Origin: Monocercomonoides exilis PA203
Lineage: Eukaryota; Protista; Preaxostyla
DNA length: 64,000 bases
Assembly: GCA_001643675.2 (NCBI GenBank)
Contig: LSRY02000028.1
Span: 1 to 64,000 of the forward strand
Reading direction: 5' to 3'
Below are positions 1 to 13,600 of the stretch, piece after piece. Each line of letters starts with the position of its first letter. The first letter of the stretch is position 1. Position numbers and translations under genes: made by a program. Below the pieces are notes generated by a model. That model was not told the DNA's origin. It searched no databases and saw nothing but the letters and a program-made list of their open reading frames with translations.

Positions 1-345
1 ATCTCAGGAACTCTTCTTTGAAGTTATCCTTATATTCAAAAATAGATGAGGGCTGAGAGTCATCATCCTCATCATAGCTGGCAGATGTCACAAGTTGATG
101 CCCAGATGGATGAAACATCCGAATCATCGTCAGAAGAGCAGTCGGAGTGCATCATAATGCAGATCATCATGTGCATTGAGAACAGCACAACAAGCGAACT
201 AAGATTGTTCAATGACTGAAGCTCATTCGTCATTTCGTCAAATGAGTGAATTGTAACATTCGCCACCCAGTACAGAATCTGTGCAGCTGTCAGTTCTCGC
301 TCCTTCAAAGAGCCAATCGCCATTTCTTTCTTTTCATTCCTTCAA
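1..345 (-). pseudogene. Decayed fragment of the receptor-like pseudokinase family (C-terminal region; paralog of 41661-50846)
   Basis: ORF 72..323 (MAIGSLKERELTAAQILYWVANVTIHSFDE...HSDCSSDDDSD) closely matches MAIGSLEERELTAAQILFWVANLALHSFDE...HSDFLSSDDSD of the 3066-aa ORF. It is truncated and frameshifted, and homology fades by ~400. Confidence 0.85.
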
Positions 346-2799
346 TGAAGCAGTCTGAACATCAAAATACTGAAATCAACAATCAACTTCATAAAAATCA
401 ACGAACAAGATCCCACATCTTCAAGGCTTATCAATGAAAAAATTGCTGGATGCAAAGTCTCGATGTGAGTAATAATTTGTTCTTAATCAAAGTATTTCAA
501 GCAGTGTATCTCATCTGAAATATTAAAAAAAATTACCAAATATCCGCAATTCGCAAGCTAGGTTAAAAAAGTCAAAACAAACATTTTGTTTTTAATCAAT
601 CATTAATATTTTGTAAAGATGATATCTTTCAATTTTCCTCATAACTCTTCTCATTTGAACGAAAGATAATTCAACAAATGTTAAAATTTCACACATAACA
701 CGTTCTTTTCGCATACAATTTCACAGTTTCCTTATGCTTTTCTGGGATCCTCATATATGTTTTATTCAACATTTTAATTGGTTTTTATTAATCAAATATT
801 CAATGAAAATAATTAAATAACAATTGCAAACATTGGTTAAATGATTTTTTTAGCTTTTGTTTCCTTCATTAATCCTCCCATCCACCAAGTTTGATTCATG
901 GTTTTGTTTTTCGAAAAGTTTCCTTTGAACCTTTGAATATTGCGAGTGTGAAGAACGAAATGACATTCGTAAATTTTCTTTTTCTTTTTCCAATTGTTTT
1001 TGCGCGTTATTATTCTTGAATTGAATATAACACATCTTCAAAAAATCATTCAATTGAAAGACAGAATAATATTCATTATTTCAAAATTTTGTTTTCTAAG
1101 GTTAAAGATAATAATATAATAATGTCTTTAAAAAAATTTTTTTCTTGATAATCAAGAAGCAAATGATAATAACAAAAAATACATTCAAAATATTTGTGAA
1201 ACGTGCTGTTGACAACATTTTCCAAATGAAGTGCTATCTTCAAGACAATATTCAAAATTGATCTGACTCATAATTTATTTTTTCAATGAATAATTATTTA
1301 CGAAATTAAAGAAGTTTTATTTTGAAATGATATAACAACATTAATAAGATAATATTCATATAGAAAAAGCCATTGAATTTTTATCAGTTTTTTAAAAAAG
1401 AACTATTTATAAAAAAAACCTACACAAATTTTGTGTTTCGACCGACATTCATCGCCTTGACTTTTCTTGTTGCGAAGGCCTAATAATAACTGTGAAATTT
1501 GTTTAAGTGATTTGTTGGTTTTTATGGAAATGACACATTTCGGAAAAATTGAAAAATATCAAAATTGAAATTGATAAAGAAAAAGATAATAAACACATTG
1601 AGTCACAAACACGGAACAAGCATAAATTTTTGCTTTTATTAAGCTTTTCTGTTCTTTCACAATAGGTGGACATAACCTTAAATAAATATAATTTTCTATG
1701 AAAATCATAATAATTGTGAATTGATAATTTGTTTTATACCTCTGTGACATGACAGGAGAAAATTGAAAAAATGACAAAATAACTGACAAGATATTTAGGA
1801 CTTGTCAAAAAGGGTTATATATAATGATTTCATAATTCTTAATTACTATAATAATTTATTTGAAAATCTTCATGAAATAATTCTTATTATTTTGTAAAAA
1901 TTAAAATTAAAATAAAATGATCAGGTTCCCAATATTTATTTTATTTGACACGAAATGTCAGTTGAGGAATATTTTTGTTACAATTTGTCATTGACAATCA
2001 CTGACAGTCACTGACATAAAAGAAAAACGACAAGATATTACAGATGCTATCAATAAATCTTTTCCATAGTGCTTTGAAAAGTCTTTTGAAGTTTTTGCAA
2101 TAGTTTATTTTATATTAATTTTTAAAAAAATACATACATACATACATATATATATTTATTTATTTGTGACAGACGAGGCTTCAAGTTATTTGTCAGGACA
2201 CAGAGGTATAATTTGTTTAAAAACTTCTTAACGTCTTGTGAAAAACCCTAATAATAATTTTGTCAATAATTTTTTGAAGTATATGGGTGATTTTTTTGAT
2301 ATCATAAAAAAGATCAAAAATCGAAAAAATAAAATATATTGTGGTATTCATTGATCAAAGAGTTAATTTGATTTTTAGCAAGTGTGAAGCTTTTATTCTG
2401 TGATAAATATTTGTTTTATTTATAAGACCAAAAACATACCTATTTAACATTTTTTACGAAAAACGATTTTTGATCAAGTTTAATAAAAATGAACCTAAAA
2501 ATTAATAAAGTTTAATCAACAAAACAAATTTAAAAGTGAAAAAAGATACTTAACCTGTTAAACAAAGCTGATAAAATGGAAAAAATATTTAAAGAACTTA
2601 AAAAATGCAACAAATTTGTGAATTTTTATTTTTCTGTGGAAAAGAAATGTGCTTTTCATCAATCTAGCTGAAATCTCTTCAAAAATTTCTATATCTGCTG
2701 ATCTGCTCAACAGATTCTGCAAACGAAGATTGTATTATTCAGGAAACTACAGTTAATAAAAATAATTGACTCTGTCCTTCACTTCTCTTTTTATTCTTT

Positions 2800-5700
2800 A
2801 TTTAAAAATACAGGTTTTATTTTTCTCGATTCACTACATGGTTTCCTATCATTTCAACTCGACATTTTAAAATTCTCCCTTCGTTAACTTCGTGCTTTTC
2901 CTAAGTTCCTGCTCTTGTTGCTTTGTGAAGAAATCAACATTGAATTCGCCTGAGCCATCATTCGTTTTTTGTTTATGCCATTTCTTTCCCTTTTCATCAT
3001 CATCTTCCTCTTTCTCTTGATCATCCTTTTCTTTCGTTTTTGCTTCCTCCTCATTTCACTCTCTCTCCATCATCGCTCTCATCTCTCCCTATGGCAACGA
3101 TATCTTTCACTAAACAAGCTACTCGCTTTGATGATCAAAATTGATGGCCTTCCGCTCTTCTTCCAAACCTTCTATCTTCTCTTTCTCTTCCTTCGGCTCT
3201 CAGCATCAGCAGCAATTAAACACTGGCATGCTTAGTTCTTCCCTCCCTTGTGGAGTTTGACACGTTCTGAATACTTTTCCCTTTCCCTTCTGATCCCACT
3301 GCTCTCTCCCATGCTCGCTCTCAGAGTCGTTTAGCAGCGCTTCATCGAAGCTTCCTGGATCGTTCATAATATGTATTTAATTGGCTAGTCTGTGGCGTTA
3401 TCAATCAGCAAAAATTCAGATTGTGGAATAAGTTGCAGCTTGGGAAAAGAAGAAGAGGAAGGGAATGAAGGAGAAGGAGCAAATGGTTGAGGAATTGATT
3501 ATTCCCTCTTTCAAATACGATTCTGAAAGAAGAAAGTTATACTGAAGATTGAGGAGAGCGTTTGGTAGCACAGAAATAACTGCTCTGCTGTGCTCGCTGG
3601 AATATGTTGTGACGTGGCTGTTTTGCGCTGCATTCTACTGAGGTGGAGAAGCTGTGTGCGTTCTTCAGGCAGTGGGTGGAGCATGTAATGGTGGGACCGG
3701 TATGGCAATTGAATTGGTACTGAGGCAATCGATGGAATATGCAGCAAAGGTGAGCACAGGAAAGAACGCAGTCGATACAAAGTGGGCGAATGACCTTGTG
3801 TGCGAGGAGAAGACGGACATGAACACCAATCTTCTTCTTCTTTTTTCATCTCTTTCGTTACACTCTCCTTTTCTTCATCCTCATCATCATCATCCTCCTC
3901 CGTATTTTCTCCTGTTCTTCTTTTTCCCAACAGGTGCATACAGATTAAGCAAAGCACAAGCAGTCATTATTTTCGCTATGTCAGTCGTTGTTGGTGAAGC
4001 CGGTAATCCTGCAAGATTCGACCCAACACCTCAGCTCAGCAAACAACGCAGCAGCTCTTCCATCGTAACTGTTGGTTCATTGTTCGCTTCATTATCCTTC
4101 TCGTTTCTCTTCTTCTTCTTCTTCTTCATCCAGCCCTCTTCCTTCAGCAAGCGCCTCTATGATTTCCGACGCTGTTGTTCCGCACAATTGCCTGTGGCGA
4201 GAACATCAGCTCGACAAGCTCGTTAAACAGCGCCTTGTCGAGTGAATTGGCAAACAGCTTGAACGACTTGGTGGTCAGCGAGAGAAGAATAGAAGAGGCC
4301 TTGTCGATGAATTCAGTGCATGGTGAGTACAGCAAGCGGAGGATGAGCTGGAGAATGCCTTTGCGCAGGAACACAGAGTGGAACACAGCACCGTTGGTGA
4401 TGAACTTGTTGGTTACACGAAGAGAAGAAGAGACAAGGGGGTACCAGTGGAAACTGGATGTGAATATATTTGTGTATTTGTGAATAATGAAACGAACGAG
4501 CGAAAAAGTGGGTGTAAAAAGGAAGAAAGAAAAAGAATTCGAAAAGAAAGAAAGAAAATTTTGTGAAATGAAATTTCAATTAATAGTTTCTGGCAAACCT
4601 CATGAAACTGATCAATTGCTTTGCAACAGCGTCATTCAGCAAATAACCTTTATTCACTTAGCAAGACAATTGAAAAATCATAGATATTATTCCACAATCA
4701 TAACTATTCATCATTTGAGAGTGAACAAAAAATTGTGATTAAGATAAATATATGAAAAGCAAAGTCCAGATTAACAAATATAAATGAATCAATTAATCAA
4801 ATATATTTTATTTTATAGAAAAATTCAAAATTTCCATACAATTCTGGTTCGCTATGTGGGTCATTGCGTTTAGTCCCCTCAGCCTGTGGATGTCGTCGAA
4901 GCCGCAGACCATTAACTGTTAAATAGAAAACGCACAGCGCAGCGAAGGTGGAACATCCATCGACAGAAAAGCGCTGCAAACGACACTGGCACATAGATTA
5001 ATCACATTCTATTGCTTCACTTTGAACGAACGCCCTAAGCTGTGCTTGATGGATGGCAGGTTGGCTGGGAAAAGAGAAAAGGAAGAAGAAGAAGAAGAAG
5101 GTAGTGGTGATGATGGTGATGAAATGGGAAAAGAAGAAGAAGTGAATGAAGATGATTTGTTAGTAGATGCAAACGTTGAGAAAGTGATCGCGTTTCGATA
5201 AGTTGCTGCTGAATACTTCTTGGATTTTTGATTTCTAGCTGAAAAGCTGAGAAAAGCGTGGTTTCAATCGACACGGGCTTATTCTTCCTCTGATCCCATT
5301 CTATTTTTCTTTTGAGCCCCTTTCTTTATGAGTCTTTATAATATCTCTGCCAAATCCATCTTCTTTCCCTTCTCCTCTTTCTCCTCCTTCTCCCCACCCA
5401 CCAAAATCCCCTAGCCAGCCACATACGCTCCATAGTTCAGAAAGATGCTCTGTGGCTCAAACACATCCCTCGTCGCTGACACGCTGCTGCTTGCAAACAC
5501 ACCTGCATTACCCAATCTGCTCTTCCCGAGAATCGCACGAGGGATCGGCACAGTCACAAGCGGAGGCAGCGAGAAGGATGAAATAGAAGAAGAAAGAGAG
5601 GAAGAAGACATGTTTGATAAAGAGGCAGCGCTTGTGCAAGATTTGTAGAGGGAATTCTGTGTGAGAGAAGAGGGGTCTGTGGAAGGAGATGAAGGCTTGA

Positions 5701-8700
5701 AGAGATACAGCGGAGTTCCAACAAGACAGAAGGGCAGACAATTGTGTGTGGCAAGCGGAAAAAAAGGAGCAGCAAATTTCTCAGAGGCTGTGACGTTTTG
5801 AGTGAACAGTGGGAAGATGAGAGTGTGCTGCCGAACGAGTAAAATGTCTGCTGATGTTCATCCATCATCGCTTCCTTCTTCTCTTCCCCAATCCCTCCTC
5901 TTCCTTTCTGTTGCGATCTGCGCAAGTCTTGTTTCGAAAGCGTCAATTTGCGATGTGCAAAACTCGTCTTTCTCATTTGTCTTCATCTTTGCTTCGGTTC
6001 TTCACGTGATTCCCTTTCCTCTGCTCTTCGCTCAACTTGCTTTTGAATATCTCTTTTTGTCTCTTCCATTTGAACATGCAGTGCTTTCTCTTCGCTTCTT
6101 GGAGGTGTCATAAAGCGAGCTGATGAACGCAATGTGCCTTGAAGCTCCTTCCCTCTTCCACCGCCATTTCTCATTCGATGCCCATTTGCTTCATTCACCC
6201 TGTTCAGCACAGCCGGAGCGCGGAAGCCGTACGAAGTGCTGAAGCAGAGCGGAATGCGCCTCTGGGGAAGAGGAAAACAGTTCAAATGCACATTCAGCGA
6301 AGCTGCAGAATGCATTGATAGCGATGATGTTGTTGAAGATAGCCTAACCAAATGAGATAATTTTTTGTATGGATTATTCAGTTATTGATTGAAAATCTTG
6401 CTCACATTCGAATGTTGCGGATCTGATCCAATGTTAAGAGAGGACACGTCAAAGAAGAAGAAGAATGTGATGAAGAAGTGGGAAAAGAAGAAGAAGAGGA
6501 AGAGGACAAAGAGGAAGAGAATAAAGCATTCTCAAGAGACAGTTCAGGAAATGCATCAGAAAGAAAGGATGGTTGTGCTTCTCTTTTCAAATCGCGTTGC
6601 CTTCTTGCATGCCTTCTCTCTCTGCCTGCACAGCTGTCTGAATGCATTCCATTCCTCTTGCAAAAACTGCCTTTGCTGGTGTCTGCACAACTGTCTGTCT
6701 CTTTGAAAATATATTTTGGCTGTCCTGCTCCTTTCTGATCTTTCTCCTAATCGCAGCAACGGTTGGCCAGATGACAACATAATGCAAATGTTTTTAATTG
6801 CTCCATTAACTTTTTCTTCCACTGCTCAATGACGTGAAAACTGCTGTATCATCAGAAGAATGAGAAGAACAACAAGTCAACGAAGAAGAAGATGAAATAT
6901 CCGATTAATTGTGATGTGCACAATAAAAATGTGTTGTATCAGAGGAAATGGAAGATAACATTAATAATTCCTCTTCGCTTTCACCTTCTCTCTCCTTCCT
7001 CTTTCTCTCCCCTTCTTCATCTTATCTCCATCTTGATTTCCATCACTTCCCTTCTCTCTGTGCACGCCTACTCCAAAACCCCTCTTCCATCAGCGCTTCT
7101 GTCTCTTCGCTCTGTACAACCCACTCCTCACACAGCTACCTGCTTTCCACATGATACTTCGGTGAGGCCTCTGCTTCCACTTCGTTCAAAAATTTCATTC
7201 AAACAGACAATACAATACGATTACATTTGTACTCCGCTCCTCCTCTTCTGCAATTGCTCCATTTCCAGTGCTCTTCCGTTCTTTGATGTTACAACATCTC
7301 TTCTTCTCGTTCTTCTTTGGAATCTTCATTTCAATCAGTCATTCTATTGCCTCATTTTCATCTCTCTTCCATCTTCTTTATCATCATCTCCACAATATGC
7401 TCTTTTCAGTAGTGGAAGCGCAATCGACAGAATTCCCCTGAACTTCATCAGCATCTCATAGAGCGAGTTGACACACGTCACCGCCACGAAATACGCTGCC
7501 AGCGCTAACAAAACACATGGCAGCACAACATTCGGTAACTACATCACATTCACAAAAAAATAGAGCAGACAATATTATGTACTTCAGCCTCCAGATGCTC
7601 TGCTGCCACATGCGCTCAAAAGATCGTGGTGCAATGTAATTGACCAGATGCTGCAGGGTGCAGCGCCTCTCCACACGCGCCCCATCAGCACCACTGCAAC
7701 AAACGAAGATATCATTATTCCTGCTGGCGCATTCAGTTGCATCGACAGCGGCTGGAACACATGCTTCACAACCAGACACGAGTACACACTCCGCGGCTCA
7801 GTCCCGCATGCCTGCAGCCCAACATCAGTCGGTATATCTTCCTGTGGTAGTGCCTTTAGCTGTGCTGTGTCGTCTGTCCCAATGACTATCCCTGTAGAAA
7901 ACACAAACGAAGAAGTCGAAGAAGAGGCAGAAGTGTGCGCAAATGTTTCTATTCGTCGGGCTTCGATAATGACTAAAAGAAAAGAAGATGCATAATTTCA
8001 CAATAAAATCAAAAGAAAATACTAAAAAAATTATTGAAAATATATTAATTCATGCCTTTGAATTCTTCAGATCCGACGTTTTGAATTGAAACAAATTAAT
8101 CATCATCGATTCAATTTTCTTTCTTCGCTTCCTCTTTCTATTCGGTTGAGTCACAATCATTAAATCCCAAGACAACCTCCCTGATCAACTTCCTTCCTTC
8201 ATTCCCCCTCCTCCTCCTCTCTCTCTCTCTCATTCACACTTCTCACTCTTCCCAATGAGCTGCAACAAATATCTGCTTGTGAATACATTCACAAAATGAA
8301 AAGAAAGCAGCTGCTTCGAGGCAAGCTGTCACAATACAAAGTGGAAGAACATGCAATCAATGAGGGGAAAAATGTGAGAAGGAAGAGAGAAGGAAGGATG
8401 AATGAGGAGCGATGACAGAAGAGAAACATGCTGAACGTGCTATGATTCCATGCAGCAGCCTCAAATGAAAAGAATGGAGGCATCTCATTCGCCAGGCAGT
8501 GCAGCTCGAAACTGCAATTGAAGAGATGGGCAAACAACAGAGAAGATGCAGATATCCGGAAAGAAGAAGAGGAGGAGGAATTGCAGCAGAAGATGTGCTT
8601 GATAGCCATATGTGTGCTACACAAACAGAAACACCAAATTGTCAATGCAAAGTTTGCTGTTTGCAACAATTACAAGTTCTTTCAGCAGTAAAATCCAGTT

Positions 8701-9200
8701 GCAGTTGGGCAGAATGTTGTTCGACTGCCAACAAATATTTGATAATTGGATGTCTCGTCGTTGGCTGTTCTACACTCTTTTGAAGCAAAAGCGGAATCAG
8801 AAATAGAATTTCGCAGCCTTCCACGTCTGCCTGGCACAGTCCGAGAAACAGGAAAACCTTATTAATATAATTGACATCTTGAAATTCTCCTTTTTCCAAT
8901 GAATTGTTGCCTTTTTGTGATAAATATCCTTCCCTTGATATTGCAAGCCACTTTTTTTTGCCAAAAACTGCTCCCACTGCCTTATATTCCAAATTCTATA
9001 AAACTTTGTGCAGATTTTGTCCTTCACAGAATTCTATCCTTATATCGACATTCAATAAAACATCATTTGAATTTGTTTTAATCTTTTGTTCCAATCAAAA
9101 ATCATGAATCTTGCGTAACTTCATTTGTTTCCCAATGGCTATATAATATTATGTTCTATTCTCATCGTAATGCTCTCCAACGTGAAGATTTGCTATTTGA
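2800..9200. pseudogene. Decayed coding-like sequence; probably several fragmented hypothetical genes, mostly on the minus strand
   Basis: GC content is higher than in the flanks, with acidic/Ser tracts and helical-looking fragments (e.g. 4144..4386 LRKGILQLILRLLYSPCTEFIDKASSILLSL). All ORFs are short and interrupted, and I recognise no family motif. Confidence 0.3.
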
Positions 9201-9300
9201 CAGACAAGAAAAGTTCCTTTTCTTTGAAAAGGAAGCAAACAGAGCAGTTTTCCAATATAATGAAAAATTGTAATATTACAATAAAAACTAAATTATAAAA

Positions 9301-9740
9301 AGTATTAGCAAACTGGTAAAAAGTTGGAAAAGTTAGTGGTTTTAAAAAATGAAAGAAACAAAACTCCAGCTTTAATCAGAACCATATCTTTTTGAATTTT
9401 TGAATATTTATTAAAAAAAAACAAATATCAGAAAAATTTTGATTTTTTGTTTAATAGTTATGTATGTGATAAGAGTTAGAAAAATGTTTTTCTGAATTTT
9501 AAAAACTTGTATTCATGGAAAAACTTCTGTTTTCCGCTTCAAACAATGAAGATGACAGAAGGATCAGAATCTCGATGCCACTTTTTTGTTCAAAATGGTT
9601 TATTTCATCGATTTAACTTCATATATTACTAAAAACTGCTTTTTGAAATCTGCAATTTTCGCCCTTTAGCGCGTAATTTTTTGATCTTTTTGCCCTCGAA
9701 AAAATTAAAATATAGGGTCGGATCCTTTTTTCATTCAAAA
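9301..9740 (+). repeat. Left TIR of the Sola-like element
   Basis: Near-perfect inverted match to 17255-17702. Confidence 0.95.
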
Positions 9741-10401
9741 ATGTTGATGTGTATGAGTCATATTTTTCATTTTTCATGCATTTCTGAATGATTAGATGAG
9801 TGATCGTTACAAAAATGTGTTTATTTTATGTTATTGAGTTTTTCTGAAAATCGTAGAAAAATGAGTGAAATGAAAAAAATACGTCAAAAAATAACAATCA
9901 TCCACCAATCAAAAATGACATAAAAAAAACAAAAAAGTACTTCATGATATTAATCATTTAAAAAATTGAAAACAGTTAGAAATTTTCTAATCAAATTCAA
10001 TAACTTTCAAAAACACAATTCTGTCACATAATCATAAAACAATCACCAAATATCAACTAAATATCAACAATTTTGAACAATGAAAAATATAAGAAGAAAT
10101 AGCACTATTTCAACAAATTCATGGTATCAAAGACAATTCCAAACAAAAAAGAATACTTATATAAAAAGTTCAAAAACTAACTTGTCTATTTTCCCTCTGT
10201 TTTCCATCCACTCACCCCTTTCTGATATTTCTCTCTCTTTGACTCAAAAAGATCAAATCCAACAAAGAAAAAGACAGACACAATGATAAAACAACATTTC
10301 ACACTCTCAACAACTCTCCCTTCCAAAAACCTCACTCAAAGATCAATGAATTCCTTCACAACTCTATCTATTAATGAATCTCGATATATACATGTATAAG
10401 C

Positions 10402-10450
10402 GGGACAATAACCAAGAAATAAATAGTGACATATCAGGGACAATAACCAA
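10402..10450. repeat. Two 14-bp direct repeats GGGACAATAACCAA with 35-bp period
   Basis: Exact copies at 10402-10415 and 10437-10450, next to the structured element. Confidence 0.85.
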
Positions 10451-10472
10451 AAGAAAACAATCGGATTCTAAC

Positions 10473-10600
10473 TGTTGTGCACCTGGGAGGCTGTTCGTCG
10501 TATCCAGGTCCGGATATTGCAGCCCGAAGGCTGCAATATCTAATACGAACAGTCATGTCCAGCACCCTTCCGATAGAGTGCCAGCTAAGCATGCACAACA
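10473..10600. ncRNA. Putative structured RNA element (closing stem, pseudoknot, two hairpins) 3' of the transposase
   Basis: Complementary pairs: 10473-81/10592-600 (9 bp), 10481-86/10504-09 (6 bp, crossing), 10491-98/10545-52 (8 bp), 10513-24/10529-40 (perfect 12 bp; C-UUCG-G loop on the minus strand) and 10562-68/10575-81 (7 bp). It is a GC-rich island in AT-rich DNA. Confidence 0.6.
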
Positions 10601-10609
10601 ACTAGTTTC

Positions 10610-13600
10610 TTAATAGGGGACACCAAAAGAACAATTTTGAGATTCATTAAAAGAAGAAGAGTCAAGAAGAAGCTCAAATCTCCTTGAAAGAAGATCTTGA
10701 GAAGATTGAGAAAGAAGAGAAGAGTTAGATGATGTGATATCAGAGTGAAATGACTTTCTTGATCTTTGAACTTTTTCTTTCATTGTTGAAGATTCGAGGG
10801 CAACCAGAGAGCGTTGAGGAAGATATCCAACAGCTGAAGCAGAGACAAATGAGCCTTTGCGCTCAAAATACAAGTAGTCCTTCATGTGAGGGACTGACAG
10901 AGATGGCCATGAAATTTGCTGAGATGGTACATATTCTTCAAAGTACCTCTCATGCTCAAAGTTATTGACAGATGTTGAAGATGGTGAAGAGTTCGATGAT
11001 GATGTTGAGAAAATGTTTGATTGTGAAGTTGAAGAAGCTGATGTCGAAGTGTTCATATTGTTTTCGAAGAAGTTGATCAAATCATGAAGTGTGGTGATGT
11101 GTTCATTCGAAAGATTGTTGTCGATTGCATTCACTAACGCACCAAATTCACTATCACAGATATTTTTTCCATGATGCTCAGCGAAGAAGTTGAGTTGAGT
11201 ATTTTTCTTTTTAAGAAGTTTTGATTGTTTTGAAAGGATGAAGTGAAGAAGGAAGCGATTACGGTTGTGTGGACCTGAATCGCAGAAGAACTTAAAAGTG
11301 TGAGTGTCTGCGAAGAAGTGTCTTTTGATCACAGATTCCAGACACTCAATAAGAAATCTGTGATCATTTGAGAGGCAGTCGGAGAAGAAGTCGAATGTTC
11401 GTTTTATTTGTTGATTATTAATTTTTGAAGAGAGATGATTGTGAATTGAGAAACTTGTTGATAATTGAAGAATTCCTGTTGAAGTTGATTTTTCTGATAG
11501 GGAGTTTCCACTTCTCTTTGAAGTCGAAGACGAAGACTGCTTCTCCCTCTTTCAGATTATCAACAGTTGATTGATAATGTTTTCGTTGCATTTCTGCAAC
11601 AAGACGATGTTGTCGAAGAAGTTTGAGTGTATGAAATTCGGCAGAAGAAAGTCCATTTTTATTTTGTGAAGACTTCAGTTTGTTTTCGAGATAGTTGAGT
11701 TTCTCGCACATTCCACAAAGATCTGTACGTCTTTTCGCTTTGGAAAAGTTGGTAGTGAGTTTGTAGAAATGTGACAGAGAAACTTTGATGTTTGTTTCTT
11801 CTGTGAACTCACTCCATAATTTTGTCTTGGGCTTGAAGATTAATCTTTTCTCATTGGGAGAAAAGATGCCCATTCTCTTTTCTTTTTTTCTTTCAAAGCT
11901 TCCAATCCATAAGAAGATGGAATTGATGATGGTAGTTGTGGAATGGAAGTTGTTGGATGAAGTGGAGTGATGAATGAGGATGAGGATGATGATGATGATG
12001 ATGATGAAATGTTATTTAAAGTGTTTAAATTTGATGTTTCTGAAGAAGAAGAAGAACCACCAAATTGAATAGTAGATAGTGTTGGTTTTGTTTTTTCTTT
12101 TGTGTAAAATGAAAGGGAAGGAGTGAAACCTTGTGAGTGAAGATTATTCCATGAAGAACTCCATTTGTCACTATCGAATTCAGAAACACTTTCATCATTG
12201 CAAATACTCCAAAAACTATTGATTCCACTTTTTCTTTTCACAATTGCGATGTAATGTCCGTTTTGTTGATCCAGACGTTTCAATAGTATTTGTCCAGAAA
12301 AATGATATATGATGGTTTCTTGATTATCTTTTTGAAGATGTTGAATATCTTTAGAAGAAAACCCTTTGCAAAACGTGCGTTGATTGACTCTGTCTGTTTC
12401 CATTAGTAATGTTCTCGAAGGTGCTGAACTAGCAGAATCAGTTCATTCATGACAGAGGGCTAGCACCTCTGGAAATGCAGCCATTTCCTCCCATCTCGCA
12501 GCACAGCATTTTTCCTTGCATGCATCACAATAGACACTATTCTTTCCTTCCAAAACTTCAGTTGCAAAGAGAGAAGATAATCCATGTTGCGTTGATGAAG
12601 AATTGATAACAATATTGCTACAAAATTCATTGAAATGTAATGTGATTTGTTGGCATTTTTGGCATTTGAAATGAGTGATTAAAACAGGATTGAAGGTGTC
12701 CTTATTTATCAACTCATCTTTTGAAGAAGTTGGTGAAGATTGTCAAATGCCTCAGCCACATTTTGCTGCTGTCTGCTTCCATAGTTGCAGAAATTTTCCC
12801 ATTTGTCAATAAGAGATGGGACCCATGAACGCACTGCCGTTCCATCTTTAGCCAATTGATGACAAACACTTACAACACGCGAAGATGTGTTCTTCAAAAA
12901 TGTTTGTTTTTGAATAAAGATGGTTTTTGAATAGTTATTGAAGAGAAACATTGAAGAAGAGAAGCCAAATAGCATGTGTTGCCTAAGTTAGGCAATCCTT
13001 TTGCTATTTGTGATGATTTATTTGAAGAATTTAATGAATTTGAGAAAGATTGAGAATGAGAATGATTTTTATTGAATTTTCTTTTGCATTCTTTTTTGAA
13101 ATATTTTTGAAGAATTATTTTGAATAGATATTTCATTATTTGAAGATTGAATGCTTTGTTGTTGAAGTATTGAAGTGTCATTCTCTTTTGAAAATGAAGA
13201 AAAGAGATTTTGAAATGCTTGAGGTGGAATTAATGTGGGTGAAGTGGCATAATCTACTAATTGCTCACTTACAAACACATTATCATTTTGAAATGATGAA
13301 GTATTTATTTTTCTTTCAATTTTTTGTAATTGAAATTTGTGAAGAAGAAGTTTTTGATTTGAATATTTTGTGAATTGGTATTGGAGATGGAGAAGAATGA
13401 CGCTTGTGATATGAATTTTTATTTTGGTTTTTTGTTGACCCCCTTTCTCTCCTTATTGGAGTGTTGATTGGAGCATCAACAGCTTGAGAAGAAGAAGAAT
13501 TTGAAGAAGGAGAATTTTTTTATGAAATGGTTTTTGAATTTTTATTGAGTTGAGATGATGTCGAAGAAGAAGAAGATTGTTTTTTATTTGTAGAAGAATT

